NCBI GenBank assembly: GCA_965220035.1
Contig: CBDCPC010000002.1
Location: 1,466,151-1,530,150 of the forward strand
DNA length: 64,000 nt
Reading direction: 5' to 3'
From: Acidimicrobiales bacterium
GTDB lineage: Bacteria > Actinomycetota > Acidimicrobiia > Acidimicrobiales > CATQHL01
Shown here: piece after piece, positions 18,506 to 27,496 of the stretch
How the letters are laid out: every line of letters begins with the position of its first letter
Numbering within the stretch: the stretch's first letter is position 1
Notes under the pieces: model-generated
Databases searched by the model: none
What the model saw: the letters and a program-made list of their open reading frames with translations, nothing else
What the model was told of the DNA's origin: nothing
Made by a program: the position numbers and the translations under genes

Positions 18506-18823
18506 GTGTGTGCACACGTTCTGCTCAACGTCTGGGACCCAGAAACACGGGAGCAGGTTCTTGAGCTTGTCACCAGGGAAACGCCACCCCACGAGGATGA
18601 GGTGCGCCACCTGATCGAGCCCACACCCTTCATCCCCTGCGTAGGGGGCGGACCCTCGTTCGTCGAGGCCCTGCATCCGGCGCTGGCGGCGCTTCGGGCC
18701 TGCTACCACGAGCATTTCACCGGGCGTGTGCCGGCTCTGTCGATCATCAGCGGCTGGGCAAGCGAGATCACGCCACCACTCATCAAGGCTGGTCGCCGGC
18801 GCCGTGAACCGACCAGGCGCTGA
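18506..18823 (+). CDS. hypothetical 105-aa ORF (possibly the displaced 3' end of the KAP NTPase gene)
   Basis: GTG start with no obvious SD. Its frame remains open upstream into the IS110 3' flank. Overlaps the PLD gene start by 20 nt. No motif recognised. Confidence 0.35.
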   Translation: MCAHVLLNVWDPETREQVLELVTRETPPHEDEVRHLIEPTPFIPCVGGGPSFVEALHPALAALRACYHEHFTGRVPALSIISGWASEITPPLIKAGRRRREPTRR

Positions 18824-19457
18824 CAGTCGCACTGCGTCTTCGCTGATCGAGGGCTTCCTTCGGGACAATCCTGGCGGCGCGTTGTTCGTGGCGGTGGGGT
18901 ACGCCAGTGTCGCCGGCATCGCCTGGTTGGCCGAACGGACCGGCGACCGTCCGGTCACGTTGCTCATCGGCCACGTGCGGCGCAACCACTTCGCGGAGAT
19001 GTCGGACAAGGACCGCGACACGGCAATCCGGTTCCTGCGCCGCGGCGACGTGCAAGTCCTCACCTGGTACCAGAAGCGCCGAGACGACCGTCCCGCTCGT
19101 GAGGCGCACCTCAAGGTCTGGGCCGTCATGGCCGAGAGCCCCCGGCGTCGCGGACGTCCCGGCGCCGTCGAGGCGATGCTGGTCGGCTTGGGCAATCTGA
19201 CCAAGGCCGGGCTTTTCCACAACGAGGAGGCATTCGCGCACGCCGCAGGCGAGGACCTAAAGCGCATCGGCGCGCAACTGGAACGACTGCGTTCTCACCA
19301 GTGGAAGCGCAAGGACAAGATCCTCGAGTACATCACGCCAGAGGCGGTGGCCGAACGGCCCGGCTGCCTGGCCTCGCTACTGCCCGGCGTCGTCGCCGCA
19401 ACCTTCACCACGACGGCGCGGGCCTTGGTCAGGTCTGCGAGGATCGTCACGAGTTAG
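18804..19457 (+). CDS. PLD-like (HKD, Nuc/NgoFVII-type) domain protein
   Basis: In-frame GTG 18804 chosen within ORF 18726..19457. LFVAVGYASVAGIAWL, HKD motif EAHLKVWAV followed by VGLGNLTKAG. Single HKD domain, so a dimer is expected. Confidence 0.65.
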   Translation: MNRPGADSRTASSLIEGFLRDNPGGALFVAVGYASVAGIAWLAERTGDRPVTLLIGHVRRNHFAEMSDKDRDTAIRFLRRGDVQVLTWYQKRRDDRPAREAHLKVWAVMAESPRRRGRPGAVEAMLVGLGNLTKAGLFHNEEAFAHAAGEDLKRIGAQLERLRSHQWKRKDKILEYITPEAVAERPGCLASLLPGVVAATFTTTARALVRSARIVTS

Positions 19458-19498
19458 TCCCTCCCGAACTGGGGAGACGGCTGCCGCGGAGGACAACG

Positions 19499-20155
19499 AT
19501 GGACGCTACAGACTGGTCTGCGTGCGATTCGGGTCGATCGTTCGCCGCGATCGACTTCGAGACGGCCACAAGCCAGCGCAGTTCGGCCTGCGCTGTCGGG
19601 GTGGTCATCTTCGAGCAGGGCTCCCCCGTCGACAGGCGCAGACTGCTCATTCGCCCGCCCGGGAACCGCTACGACCCCTTCAATTCGGCTCTGCACGGGA
19701 TCGGCCTCGCCGACACCGGGGACAGTCCCCCGTTCCCCGAGGTCTGGGACCAGGTCGCCGGCATGCTCGACGGGCATCTCGTGGTTGCGCACAACACGGC
19801 ATTCGACATGTCGGTCCTGCAGAGGAGCGCTGAACACTACGGCTATCAGCCCGAATCGTTCCCGTTCGCGTGCACCTATCGCCTCGCACGCTCGGCACTT
19901 CCCGAGGCGCGATCATGGGGGCTCAAAGGGCTGGCCGCCGAGTTCGAGATTCCGCTGTCGCATCACGATCCACTCTCGGACGCACACGCCGCCGGCTGCC
20001 TGTGGCTGGCGCTACCCAAACGCTTCAACACCACACATCCCGAACTCCTCGCACGGCACCGATACCGCCTCGGTCGCTGCGATCTGAGCGCCTACCGCCC
20101 GTACTCCAACGCGCAGCAATCAGCGCGAGGAACCTCAAGCTTGGTTTGGTTCTGA
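19499..20155 (+). pseudogene. DEDDh 3'-5' exonuclease (DnaQ-like) domain; 5' part of an exonuclease-BRCT gene split by IS3
   Basis: ATG 19499. Exo I AAIDFETA, Exo II VVAHNTAFDMSVL, Exo III HHDPLSDAHAAG. The last 4 codons + stop (LVWF*) come from the IS3 left end. Confidence 0.85.
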
Positions 20156-20228
20156 CTTCGTGTCCGCTTTGGAGTGGTTGATTACGCAGCATCGGTGTGG
20201 GAGTGTGGCGCTGTGAGAGGAGCGTCAG

Positions 20229-20576
20229 ATGAGTGATTCGAGTGTGCAGGGGACCGGTGGGGGGCGCCGCGGGCGCCGTCGCCGGTTGTCGCCGGTGGAG
20301 AAGTACGAGGCGTTCGTGCAGGTGACGTCGGGGGAGATGAGCGTCGCGGAGTGCGCGGACCACTGGGGGGTGGACCGGTCGACGATCATGCGCGCCCGGC
20401 GGGTCGCCAAGCAGGGCGCCTTGGACGCGTTGGCGTCGTCGCGCCCGGGGGTGCGCGTCGGCGGGGTGGATCCGGAGCTGGTGGGGGCCCGCGCCGAGGT
20501 GGCGCGGCTGGGCGAGGCGCTGTGCGAGATGGCGGTGAAGGTGACGTTGTTGGAGGGAAAAGAGCGTTGGGGGTGA
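20229..20576 (+). CDS. IS3 OrfA (HTH + leucine-zipper)
   Basis: 115 aa; LSPVEKYEAFVQVTSGEMSVAECADHWGVDRSTIMRARR. Confidence 0.85.
   Translation: MSDSSVQGTGGGRRGRRRRLSPVEKYEAFVQVTSGEMSVAECADHWGVDRSTIMRARRVAKQGALDALASSRPGVRVGGVDPELVGARAEVARLGEALCEMAVKVTLLEGKERWG
20555..20561 (+). promoter_or_regulatory. -1 programmed ribosomal frameshift heptamer G_GGA_AAA
   Basis: In the orfA zero frame the codons read gaG GGA AAA gag (X XXY YYZ). The -1 frame continues GKRALGVTAAWPPRV into orfB. Confidence 0.6.
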
Positions 20577-21661
20577 CCGCCGCGTGGCCCCCGCGCGTCG
20601 ACGCTGTGGTGAAGGTCGCCGCCTTGGACCTCGTGGAGGCCGCCGCGGGGCAGGGCTGGACGGCGCGGCGGGCGTGCGCCACCTTGGAACTCGACGAGCG
20701 GCGCTGGCGGCGCTGGCAGGCGCGCGAGGCGGCCGGCCGCCTCGACGACGCCACCGCCGGCGGCGGCGCGGTGCACGCCATCACGCCCACGGAGCGCCAG
20801 GCGATCCTGGACCTCTTCGACCGGTGGGGCGACATCGACGGCGGCTACCGCAAGTTGGCCCACCGCGGCTCCTACGAGGGCCTCGTGTGGGTGTCTCCGT
20901 CCACGGTGTACCGCGTTCTGGCAGGTGAGGGGCTCGTTCTACCCGCTCGGGCGCCGCGCGCGCCGGTCCCGGCGCGCCCCCTGGGGGACTGGGTGCGCTG
21001 GGAACGCCACCAGATCTGGATCTATGACATCACCCACTTCGGTGCCGCGGGGCGCGTCGCCTACGCCATCATGGACGTCGTGACCCGCAAATGGCTCGCC
21101 ACACTCGTGACTGCCGAGGAGTCCGCCACACAGGTCGAGGTCATCTTCACCGACGCCCTCGACGTCGAGGGCCTGTGGGGGCGCATCGAGGCCCGCTGGG
21201 CGAACGACGCCCGCCAGGGCGACGGCAGCGACGGCGGCGCCGACGAGCCGATCCTGTTGGCAATGTCGGACAACGGCCCCCAGATGCGCGCCGGCACCAC
21301 CCGGGAGTTCTTGGCCCTGTGCTCCATCGCGGCGCACTTCGGCCGCCCCGGCACCCCCACCGACCAAGCCTGGATCGAAACGCTGTTCGGTCACGTCAAA
21401 GGCGAGTGGCCCCACCTCGAACAGATCACCGACCCCAATGTGCTGCGAGCCGAACTCGACATCGTCCGCCACGACTACAACACCCGACGCCTGCACGCCT
21501 CCTTGGGCTACGTCACTCCCGACGACGAACACCAAGGCCGCGGCGAACACATCCGCCAGGCCCGCCGAGACGGCCTCGCCCGAGCCCGCCTCGCCCGCAT
21601 CGCCTACCATCGCAACAACAAACCAAACCAGCCATGCACACACCCGCCCAGTGCTGCGTAA
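20573..21661 (+). CDS. IS3 OrfB (DDE integrase core)
   Basis: Frame -1 relative to orfA, GTGA overlap. WIYDITHF (D), LAMSDNGPQM (D), IETLFGHVKGEW (E), HDYNTRRLHASLGYVTP. Confidence 0.9.
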   Translation: MTAAWPPRVDAVVKVAALDLVEAAAGQGWTARRACATLELDERRWRRWQAREAAGRLDDATAGGGAVHAITPTERQAILDLFDRWGDIDGGYRKLAHRGSYEGLVWVSPSTVYRVLAGEGLVLPARAPRAPVPARPLGDWVRWERHQIWIYDITHFGAAGRVAYAIMDVVTRKWLATLVTAEESATQVEVIFTDALDVEGLWGRIEARWANDARQGDGSDGGADEPILLAMSDNGPQMRAGTTREFLALCSIAAHFGRPGTPTDQAWIETLFGHVKGEWPHLEQITDPNVLRAELDIVRHDYNTRRLHASLGYVTPDDEHQGRGEHIRQARRDGLARARLARIAYHRNNKPNQPCTHPPSAA

Positions 21662-21695
21662 TCAAAACCCGAAAAGCGGACATTTACTCAGAAGC

Positions 21696-22103
21696 ACCTC
21701 AAGCTCGTTCAGCGCCAAGGACTTCACTCCCCGCGCCGAACCCGACCCCGATGGTCTGCTGTACACCACGAAGATCGCCTTCACTGGCGCCCTGGAGTGC
21801 ATGCCCCGGCGTGAAGCATTCCAAGCAGCAGTAGACGCCGGAGCCGCGCCCACAGGATCAGTCAGCAAACGCACCGACTATCTCGTGATCGGAACAATCG
21901 ACCTGCGCAGAGTCGGCGAAACCGGACTGAGCAGCAAGCACCGCAAGACCCTCGATCTCATCGCTGAAGGCAGCCAGATCCAAGTCATCGATGAAGACCA
22001 ATTCGTCTGCCTCCTCGCCGGAACAATCACCCGCGACTCCCCAGACCCAACTCCCGAAGACCAGATCCGCCACACCACCACCACCCAAAATCGAGCGCGC
22101 TGA
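21696..22103 (+). pseudogene. BRCT-domain 3' part of the IS3-split exonuclease gene
   Basis: TSSSFSAKDF...KIAFTGALECMPRREAFQAAVDAGAAPTGSVSKRTDYLVIG...IQVIDEDQFVCLL = BRCT fold pattern. Frame joins 20141 to 21706 exactly. Confidence 0.8.
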
Positions 22104-22160
22104 CTAGTTGCTGCCATTATGCTGGCATCGAATGACTGATAGTGGCGCTATGCTGCCACT

Positions 22161-22487
22161 ATGAGCAGGAATCGTGAGTTCTCGGCCGCCACGCTGGACG
22201 CCTTGGGAATGCTCGCCGCGCGGGTGCGGGTTGCTCGGCGCGAGCGGCGGATGCGCGCCGCCGAACTGGCCGAGCGGGTCGGCGTGTCGCTGACGACGCT
22301 GCGCAAGGTGGAACGCGGCGATCCGACCGTCGCGCTCGGGGTTGCCTTCGAGGTCGCCGCCATGGTCGGGGTGGCGTTGTTCCACGACGATCGCCAGCGG
22401 CGAGACCTGGAGGCGGAGTATCTGGCTTCTCGTCTGGCTGTGTTGCCGTCAGCGGTGCGGCCGCCTGTCGTTGATGATGACTTCTGA
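22161..22487 (+). CDS. hipB: XRE-family HTH antitoxin (HipB-like), second module
   Basis: 108 aa; MRAAELAERVGVSLTTLRKVERGD. 14-nt overlap with the downstream hipA. Confidence 0.8.
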   Translation: MSRNREFSAATLDALGMLAARVRVARRERRMRAAELAERVGVSLTTLRKVERGDPTVALGVAFEVAAMVGVALFHDDRQRRDLEAEYLASRLAVLPSAVRPPVVDDDF

Positions 22488-23745
22488 GAGCCGCACGCAC
22501 CCGCCCGAGGCGTTCGTCTGGGTGTGGCTGCCCGCAGCGTCGTCGCCGGTCGTCGCTGCTCGCGCCACCGACTACGGGACGGCGGTGGGGTTCGTGTATG
22601 GGCGGAGCTATCTGGCGCGGTCCGACGCCATCGCTCTCAGCCTGCCGGATCTGCCGCTGCGCCCCGGTGAGACGTCCACCGGCGATGTGCCGGGCTGCGT
22701 CGCTGACGCGGCGCCGGATTCGTGGGGCCGCCGGGTGATCGAGCGGCGCCTGGGCGTCGCCGCCGGCGGGCTCAGCACTCTCGGCTATCTGCTGGAGTCC
22801 GGTTCGGACCGTATCGGCGCGCTCGACCTGCAGCACGATCCCGACACGTACCGCCCTCGCGTCGGCGACGGCGTGCCCATCGAGGATCTCGCCGAGGCGA
22901 CCCGGCGCGTCGAGGAAGGGTTGCCGCTGCCCGAGCCCCTGCGCCGGGCGCTGCTGCACAGCACCGCCGCCGGCGGCGCTCGGCCGAAGGCGCTGATCGC
23001 CGGCGGCGGCGGCGGCCGCATCGCCAAGTTCCCCTCGGCCACCGACACCTCCCCGGTGACCCAGAGCGAGTTCGTGGCCATGACGTTGGCCCGCCACGCG
23101 GGCCTCGAGGTCGCCGGCGTCTCCCTGCAGTCGGTGGCCGCCAAGCATGTCCTACTCGTGGACCGCTTCGATCGGACTCCCGAAGGCGGCCGGCGCTTCG
23201 TCGTCTCAGCCCGTACCGTCCTGCAGTCGGGCCGCCGGCGGCCGAGCGCCTCGGAGAGTTACCCGCTGCTCGTCGAAGACATCAGGGCCCGCTTCGCCGA
23301 ACCGACTCAGCAGATGCGGGAACTGTTCGCCCGGATCACGTTCAACATCCTCTGCGCCAACACCGACGATCACCCGCAAAACCACGCCGCATTCTGGGAC
23401 GGCGAGACATTGACGTTGACCCCCGCCTTCGACGTCTGCCCACAGTTGGCTTTCGGCGCCGGCGCCGAACAGACCATGGCGTACGGCCCCAACGGCGACC
23501 GGGCCAGCCAAGTTGCCCGCTTACTCGCCCACGCGCCCACCTACCGCCTCACCGCCCCCGAGGCCGCAGCCATCGTCGACCACCAAATCGACACAATCCT
23601 CGACTACTGGCACGCCACCTGCGACCAAGCCGAACTGACCCGCGCCCAACGCGATGCCCTCTGGGGCCACCAGTTCCTGAACCCCCACGCGCTCACCAAC
23701 TACACAACCAGCCCACGCCCCGCTCCTCTGGGCCCCGACGTCTAG
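22474..23745 (+). CDS. hipA: HipA-family kinase toxin, second module
   Basis: ATG 22474 inside ORF 22342..23745. AAPDSWGRRVI, GGARPKALI, FNILCANTDDHPQNHAAF. Confidence 0.85.
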   Translation: MMTSESRTHPPEAFVWVWLPAASSPVVAARATDYGTAVGFVYGRSYLARSDAIALSLPDLPLRPGETSTGDVPGCVADAAPDSWGRRVIERRLGVAAGGLSTLGYLLESGSDRIGALDLQHDPDTYRPRVGDGVPIEDLAEATRRVEEGLPLPEPLRRALLHSTAAGGARPKALIAGGGGGRIAKFPSATDTSPVTQSEFVAMTLARHAGLEVAGVSLQSVAAKHVLLVDRFDRTPEGGRRFVVSARTVLQSGRRRPSASESYPLLVEDIRARFAEPTQQMRELFARITFNILCANTDDHPQNHAAFWDGETLTLTPAFDVCPQLAFGAGAEQTMAYGPNGDRASQVARLLAHAPTYRLTAPEAAAIVDHQIDTILDYWHATCDQAELTRAQRDALWGHQFLNPHALTNYTTSPRPAPLGPDV

Positions 23746-23824
23746 CTGTGCATGCCGGGGACATTGTCCCTGGGTTGGTGGGGTGCGAAACCGCCGCCCG
23801 CCGCCCGGGCTGCATACTTCGGGT

Positions 23825-24445
23825 ATGGATGCTGCACCGGTGCTTGGTGCGCTGCCGGAGACCTTCGGGACATCGCAGTACCGCGACGCTGCAGGTGTCG
23901 CCGCGTCGTCAGCCTCGAGGGCGCTGCGCCGGCTGGCAGAGCGTGGCCTTGTGCGCCGTTTGGGCCATGGGTGGTGGCACCAGCCGGCCCTCACCTCACC
24001 GCCGCCGGCGACCAGCGACACGCCGCCGGGGCTTTGGAGTTGGATGCAGCGCCGGGCCGCGGCGATCGGTGGATCGACCTGACCAGCCGCCCGGCAGCAC
24101 GATTCCCGGGAGGATGGTCAGACGAGGCTCGGCGGGTGGCCTGGTGGACGACGCCTGATGCGCTCGCCGACCAGATCGCAGGATGAGCCGCCCAGAACAA
24201 CCCGCACCTCAGCGGTCCGGGCGCTCCTGGATCTGCGCTACCCCGATTCGGCCGGCCAGCCGAGCCTCAGTCAGCTTGACGAAGTGATCCTCGGCCTCGG
24301 ATACGAGCACTTCGACATCCTCGAGTCGGAATGGGCCAAGAGCGCGGCGCAAGGCTTGGTTCCGGCGGCCAGCCAGGACTTCGCTGCCATCTTCGAGGGC
24401 GTCGAGGCGCAGCTTGCCGCCGCGCTTACCCACGAGTCGCCATGA
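23825..24445 (+). pseudogene. AbiEi-like antitoxin gene apparently broken over three frames
   Basis: Frame 1: wHTH MDAAPVLGALPETFGTSQYRDAAGVAASSASRALRRLAERGLVRRLGHGWW (stop 24082). Frame 2: IDLTSRPAARFPGGWSDEARRVAWWTTPDALADQIAG (stop 24186). Frame 3: SAVRALLDLRYPDSAGQPSLSQLDEVILGL (stop 24445). No AbiEii partner follows. Confidence 0.4.
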
Positions 24446-24634
24446 CGTCCCAGAACCCGAGGTCACAGCGGCGCCTGACTTGACACGGCTTCACCCGTGC
24501 CTGCTGAGCGTCAGCCATCGCGCCATCCTGCGTGGTAATAGATGTGGGAACCGAGGCTCACGGAGAGCGTTCGCCACCGCCCCGCCGCAGCCGCTTGGTC
24601 AGTTGGGTTCAGTCGCGACAGGGTCGAGTCGGCG

Positions 24635-24895
24635 TCAGGTTCGCAGCGGGTCGGCTTCGACGATCGCGGTGACCGTCTTGCGGCCCAGTCCAGATGCCTC
24701 GGCGATCTGTCGCAGCGAGGCGCCAACGCGGTTCGCGGTGCGGATCATGTCGTCGCGGATTGCGATCTCCTTGTGGGCCCGCTCGGCGCTGAGGCCAACC
24801 ACGGCGAGCGCCGCGCCGATCTCATTGTCGAGGCCGCTGCGGTATTTGTCCAATGTCGCGTTGGCGGCGGACACGTCGGCGTCGCTGTAGCTCAT
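24635..24895 (-). CDS. small HTH protein (86 aa)
   Basis: C-terminal HTH GASLRQIAEASGLGRKTVTAIV. Start overlaps the stop of an upstream 53-codon ORF (ATGA). Confidence 0.5.
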   Translation of the reverse strand: MSYSDADVSAANATLDKYRSGLDNEIGAALAVVGLSAERAHKEIAIRDDMIRTANRVGASLRQIAEASGLGRKTVTAIVEADPLRT

Positions 24896-25053
24896 GGCTC
24901 CTCCCGCAGGCCCGCTGCCAGCTTGTCGCGGACGGCGAGGAGCGTCGGGATCCGGGGCGACAGTTCCCCGGCCGCCTCAGCGACGTTGAGATGCGCGATG
25001 ACCATGCCCATCAACTCCAACGCTTCGACCCGCTCCAACTCGACGCGCATCAT
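24892..25053 (-). CDS. 53-aa ORF not in the ORF track (MMRVELERVEALELMGMVIAHLNVAEAAGELSPRIPTLLAVRDKLAAGLREEP)
   Basis: Hand-translated. ATGA coupling to 24635..24895. Its first codons and upstream region recur in degenerate form at 29975..30072. Confidence 0.4.
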   Translation of the reverse strand: MMRVELERVEALELMGMVIAHLNVAEAAGELSPRIPTLLAVRDKLAAGLREEP

Positions 25054-25391
25054 TGGCCCAAACCGTACCAGCTATGGCTCGTATCGGACCAGCTATCCGG
25101 ACCGAGCCTCCCCGGGCTCCCCCCAAGCTGACCGCTTAAGACCCGAGGCAGACCACTGACCTCGCGAAACCCGAGGCACATGCGTGTTAGATCTGCGGTA
25201 GCACACGACCGAACCAGCCAGCCTTCGCGAGTTGTGGGGAGGTTCGGTCCAGGTCGGCATCCCGACGATTGCTAGTCCGGGCATGTCCGTCATGGTCGCA
25301 TCATGGGGCCGCCCGGTTGGCGGTCGCAAGCCCGACTGTGTCGACAGCATGTATCCGGGGCGGCCAGGTGCACGCATGTAGGGTCGTCCGC

Positions 25392-25811
25392 ATGGACCGG
25401 GTGCTCCTGTTTCCCGGTGGAGGGGTGCCGGCCACCGCGGTTGCGTGGCGCTTCGATCCCTCTGGCGGTCCCGGAGGGCAGCACGCCAACCGCTCCAGCA
25501 CCCGGGTCGAAGCCGTGGTTGATCTCACAACGGCCGGCGACGTTGAGCTCGAGGTACGGGAGCGGCTCGTTGCGAGGTTCGGTGCCGAGTTGCGAGTGGT
25601 CGTCGATGACACCCGATCGCAGGCCCGCAACCGTGAGATCGCGCTCAATCGTCTGGAAGCACGGCTGCGCGACGGGCTGGCCGTTGCCAAACCGCGAAAG
25701 CCGACCCGGCCGCCGCGTGCGGCGAGGGCCCGGCGGTTGCAGGCAAAGCGCCGTCGCTCCGAGACCAAGCGCGGCCGCGGCCGTATCGATCCGGCCGGCT
25801 ACGACGCCTAG
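25392..25811 (+). CDS. arfB: ArfB/YaeJ-type peptidyl-tRNA hydrolase (ribosome rescue factor)
   Basis: ATG 25392 inside ORF 25269..25811. GGQ motif SGGPGGQHANRSSTRVE. Lys/Arg-rich C-terminal tail KPRKPTRPPRAARARRLQAKRRRSETKRGR. 139 aa. Confidence 0.85.
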   Translation: MDRVLLFPGGGVPATAVAWRFDPSGGPGGQHANRSSTRVEAVVDLTTAGDVELEVRERLVARFGAELRVVVDDTRSQARNREIALNRLEARLRDGLAVAKPRKPTRPPRAARARRLQAKRRRSETKRGRGRIDPAGYDA

Positions 25812-26140
25812 AGGTTCAGTTGCCGGAGAATCCCCCGGTTCTGCCGGGCGGGTTAGTCGTCGTGTCGCGTGTCATCGTTTCTTGCTCAGTCGGTGGTTTG
25901 AGTCTGACGCAAGGAGATGAGCATGGCGAAGGCACGGCAGCGCCGCGACATCTCCCTGGCGGCGTGGCAAACGCTGCACGCGACCGACATCGTGCTCGCC
26001 CCACTCAGCCGCATTCGGTGATCCCGCAGAAGTGTGCTGCGGCTTCGAGGCGACATAACCCGGTGGTTGATGGCGCACCGTGTGTATGATCCGGTCATTC
26101 GGGAGTCCGCGCCGCTTCGCTATCCGTTTGCCGTGACGGG

Positions 26141-26761
26141 TTGCCGGCGAGGCCCGCTGGGCGGGACCGGTGGCTCACACCGCCGCGACCGGTGTGGGAG
26201 CTGGCCGTCGCGCCGCCGCCGCATCCGCGCCGGGACATCACCGAGTCCGAAGTGCTGGTGCTGGCGGTGCTGCATTCCTATCTGGACGGCGCCGACTCGG
26301 CCGTGCTGGCCGAGACCGCGGGGATTACGCGCCGTCACTCCCAGCGCGTGCTGGCGGGGTTGGCATGCGACGGTTACGTGGCGTCGGCTGTGCGGACGAT
26401 CCCGTGGCGGCACCGCACCCGCCGGGTACGCATCTGGAGCCTCACCGAACGCGCCAACGCGTTGAGCCCCTATCTGCCCCGTCTGCGCCACGCCCGGCGG
26501 GCCGTCTGTCCCGAGAGGCTGCCGGCGGATCTATGGCACCTGTTCTGGTCGGGATCCGACCCCGCCGACATCCGGCTGCCACGCGATGCCCTCCTCGTTG
26601 CCAATCGGCTGCTGAACGGCCGGTTCCTGGACCCCGATGCCAAGCGCTGGGCGCTGCGGCACCTACCACTGGATGCCCTCCGGGCACAGACGGGCATACC
26701 CGGCTGCGGCCCCGACGTGGAGGGGGCGGTGCAAGAACTCGCCGCGGCGCGCCGTGGCTGA
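26141..26761 (+). CDS. winged-HTH (MarR-like) putative antitoxin of the downstream NTase
   Basis: ITESEVLVLAVLHSYLDGADSAVLAETAGITRRHSQRVLAGLACDGYV. 8-nt overlap with the NTase GTG start. True start uncertain. Confidence 0.55.
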   Translation: MPARPAGRDRWLTPPRPVWELAVAPPPHPRRDITESEVLVLAVLHSYLDGADSAVLAETAGITRRHSQRVLAGLACDGYVASAVRTIPWRHRTRRVRIWSLTERANALSPYLPRLRHARRAVCPERLPADLWHLFWSGSDPADIRLPRDALLVANRLLNGRFLDPDAKRWALRHLPLDALRAQTGIPGCGPDVEGAVQELAAARRG

Positions 26762-27496
26762 CATCGACGCCTGGGAGGAAGTTCTCGACGCCCGATTGCG
26801 TGCCGCGTGGCCCAAAGCCGGCCGAATAGCGTCCCGGACCGGCGGCGTCCTGGTGGGCGGCACAGCCATCGCCATCCACCTGCGGCATCGCCGCAGCGAG
26901 GACATCGACATCCTGACCCCCGGCCCGTTCGACACCGCAGAGATCAGGGACCGCTCGAAGCGGCGGCGGAATCGTCCTTCGTCGCCCTGGCACGTAGCCG
27001 CCACGAAGTGCTGGTGCTGCTCAACGACGTGCGCGTCCACGTCTTCGAAGATCCCCAGGCCGAACACCGGTTGCAGGAACCGCGAACGATTCAACAGGGG
27101 CCGACCGTCGGCGGAATGCCCGTGGCGTCACTGGAGGACCTCCTCGCCCTCAAACTCGACACGCTGCTTTGGCGCAGCAACCTCAGAGACCTGCTGGACC
27201 TCGCATCCATCGACAGCCGCACCGCGCACCGCCTCGAAGACGGCATCCGCTACTACCGGCAGCGCTTCGGCCCCGAGTTGGACAGCGGAATCCTCGACAA
27301 CCTGATCTTCAGACTGCGGTTCCCTCCCGGCGGTTATGCCGACCCGCTGTTCGATGACGCCCGCGACGTCACCGTCGCCTACCTCAAGCGGCGGGCACAC
27401 GACGTGGAGGAGGAACTGCACCGCCAGCGCGCCGCTGCCGGCATACCGCCCGAACCTCCCACGACTCCCGAACAGCCCGGATCCCTCAACATATGA
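26754..27496 (+). pseudogene. AbiEii/DUF1814-like nucleotidyltransferase toxin with a frameshift near 26945
   Basis: Frame A: VLVGGTAIAIHLRHRRSEDIDILTPGPFDTAEIR. It then continues in the +1 frame: PLEAAAESSFVALARSRHEVLVLLNDVRVHVFED...LEDLLALKLDTLLWRSNLRDLLDL. A single-nt indel around cagggacc. Confidence 0.65.

Larger units (their letters stand above)
20142..21695 (+). mobile_element. IS3-family insertion sequence (1554 bp if bounded by the 10-bp direct repeat)
   Basis: Imperfect IRs TGGTTTGGTTCTGACTTCGTGTCCGCTTT...GATTACGCAGC / GCTGCGTAATC...AAAGCGGACATTTACTCAGAAGC. Flanked by ACCTCAAGCT at 20132..20141 and 21696..21705. orfA/orfB in a -1 arrangement. Confidence 0.85.
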
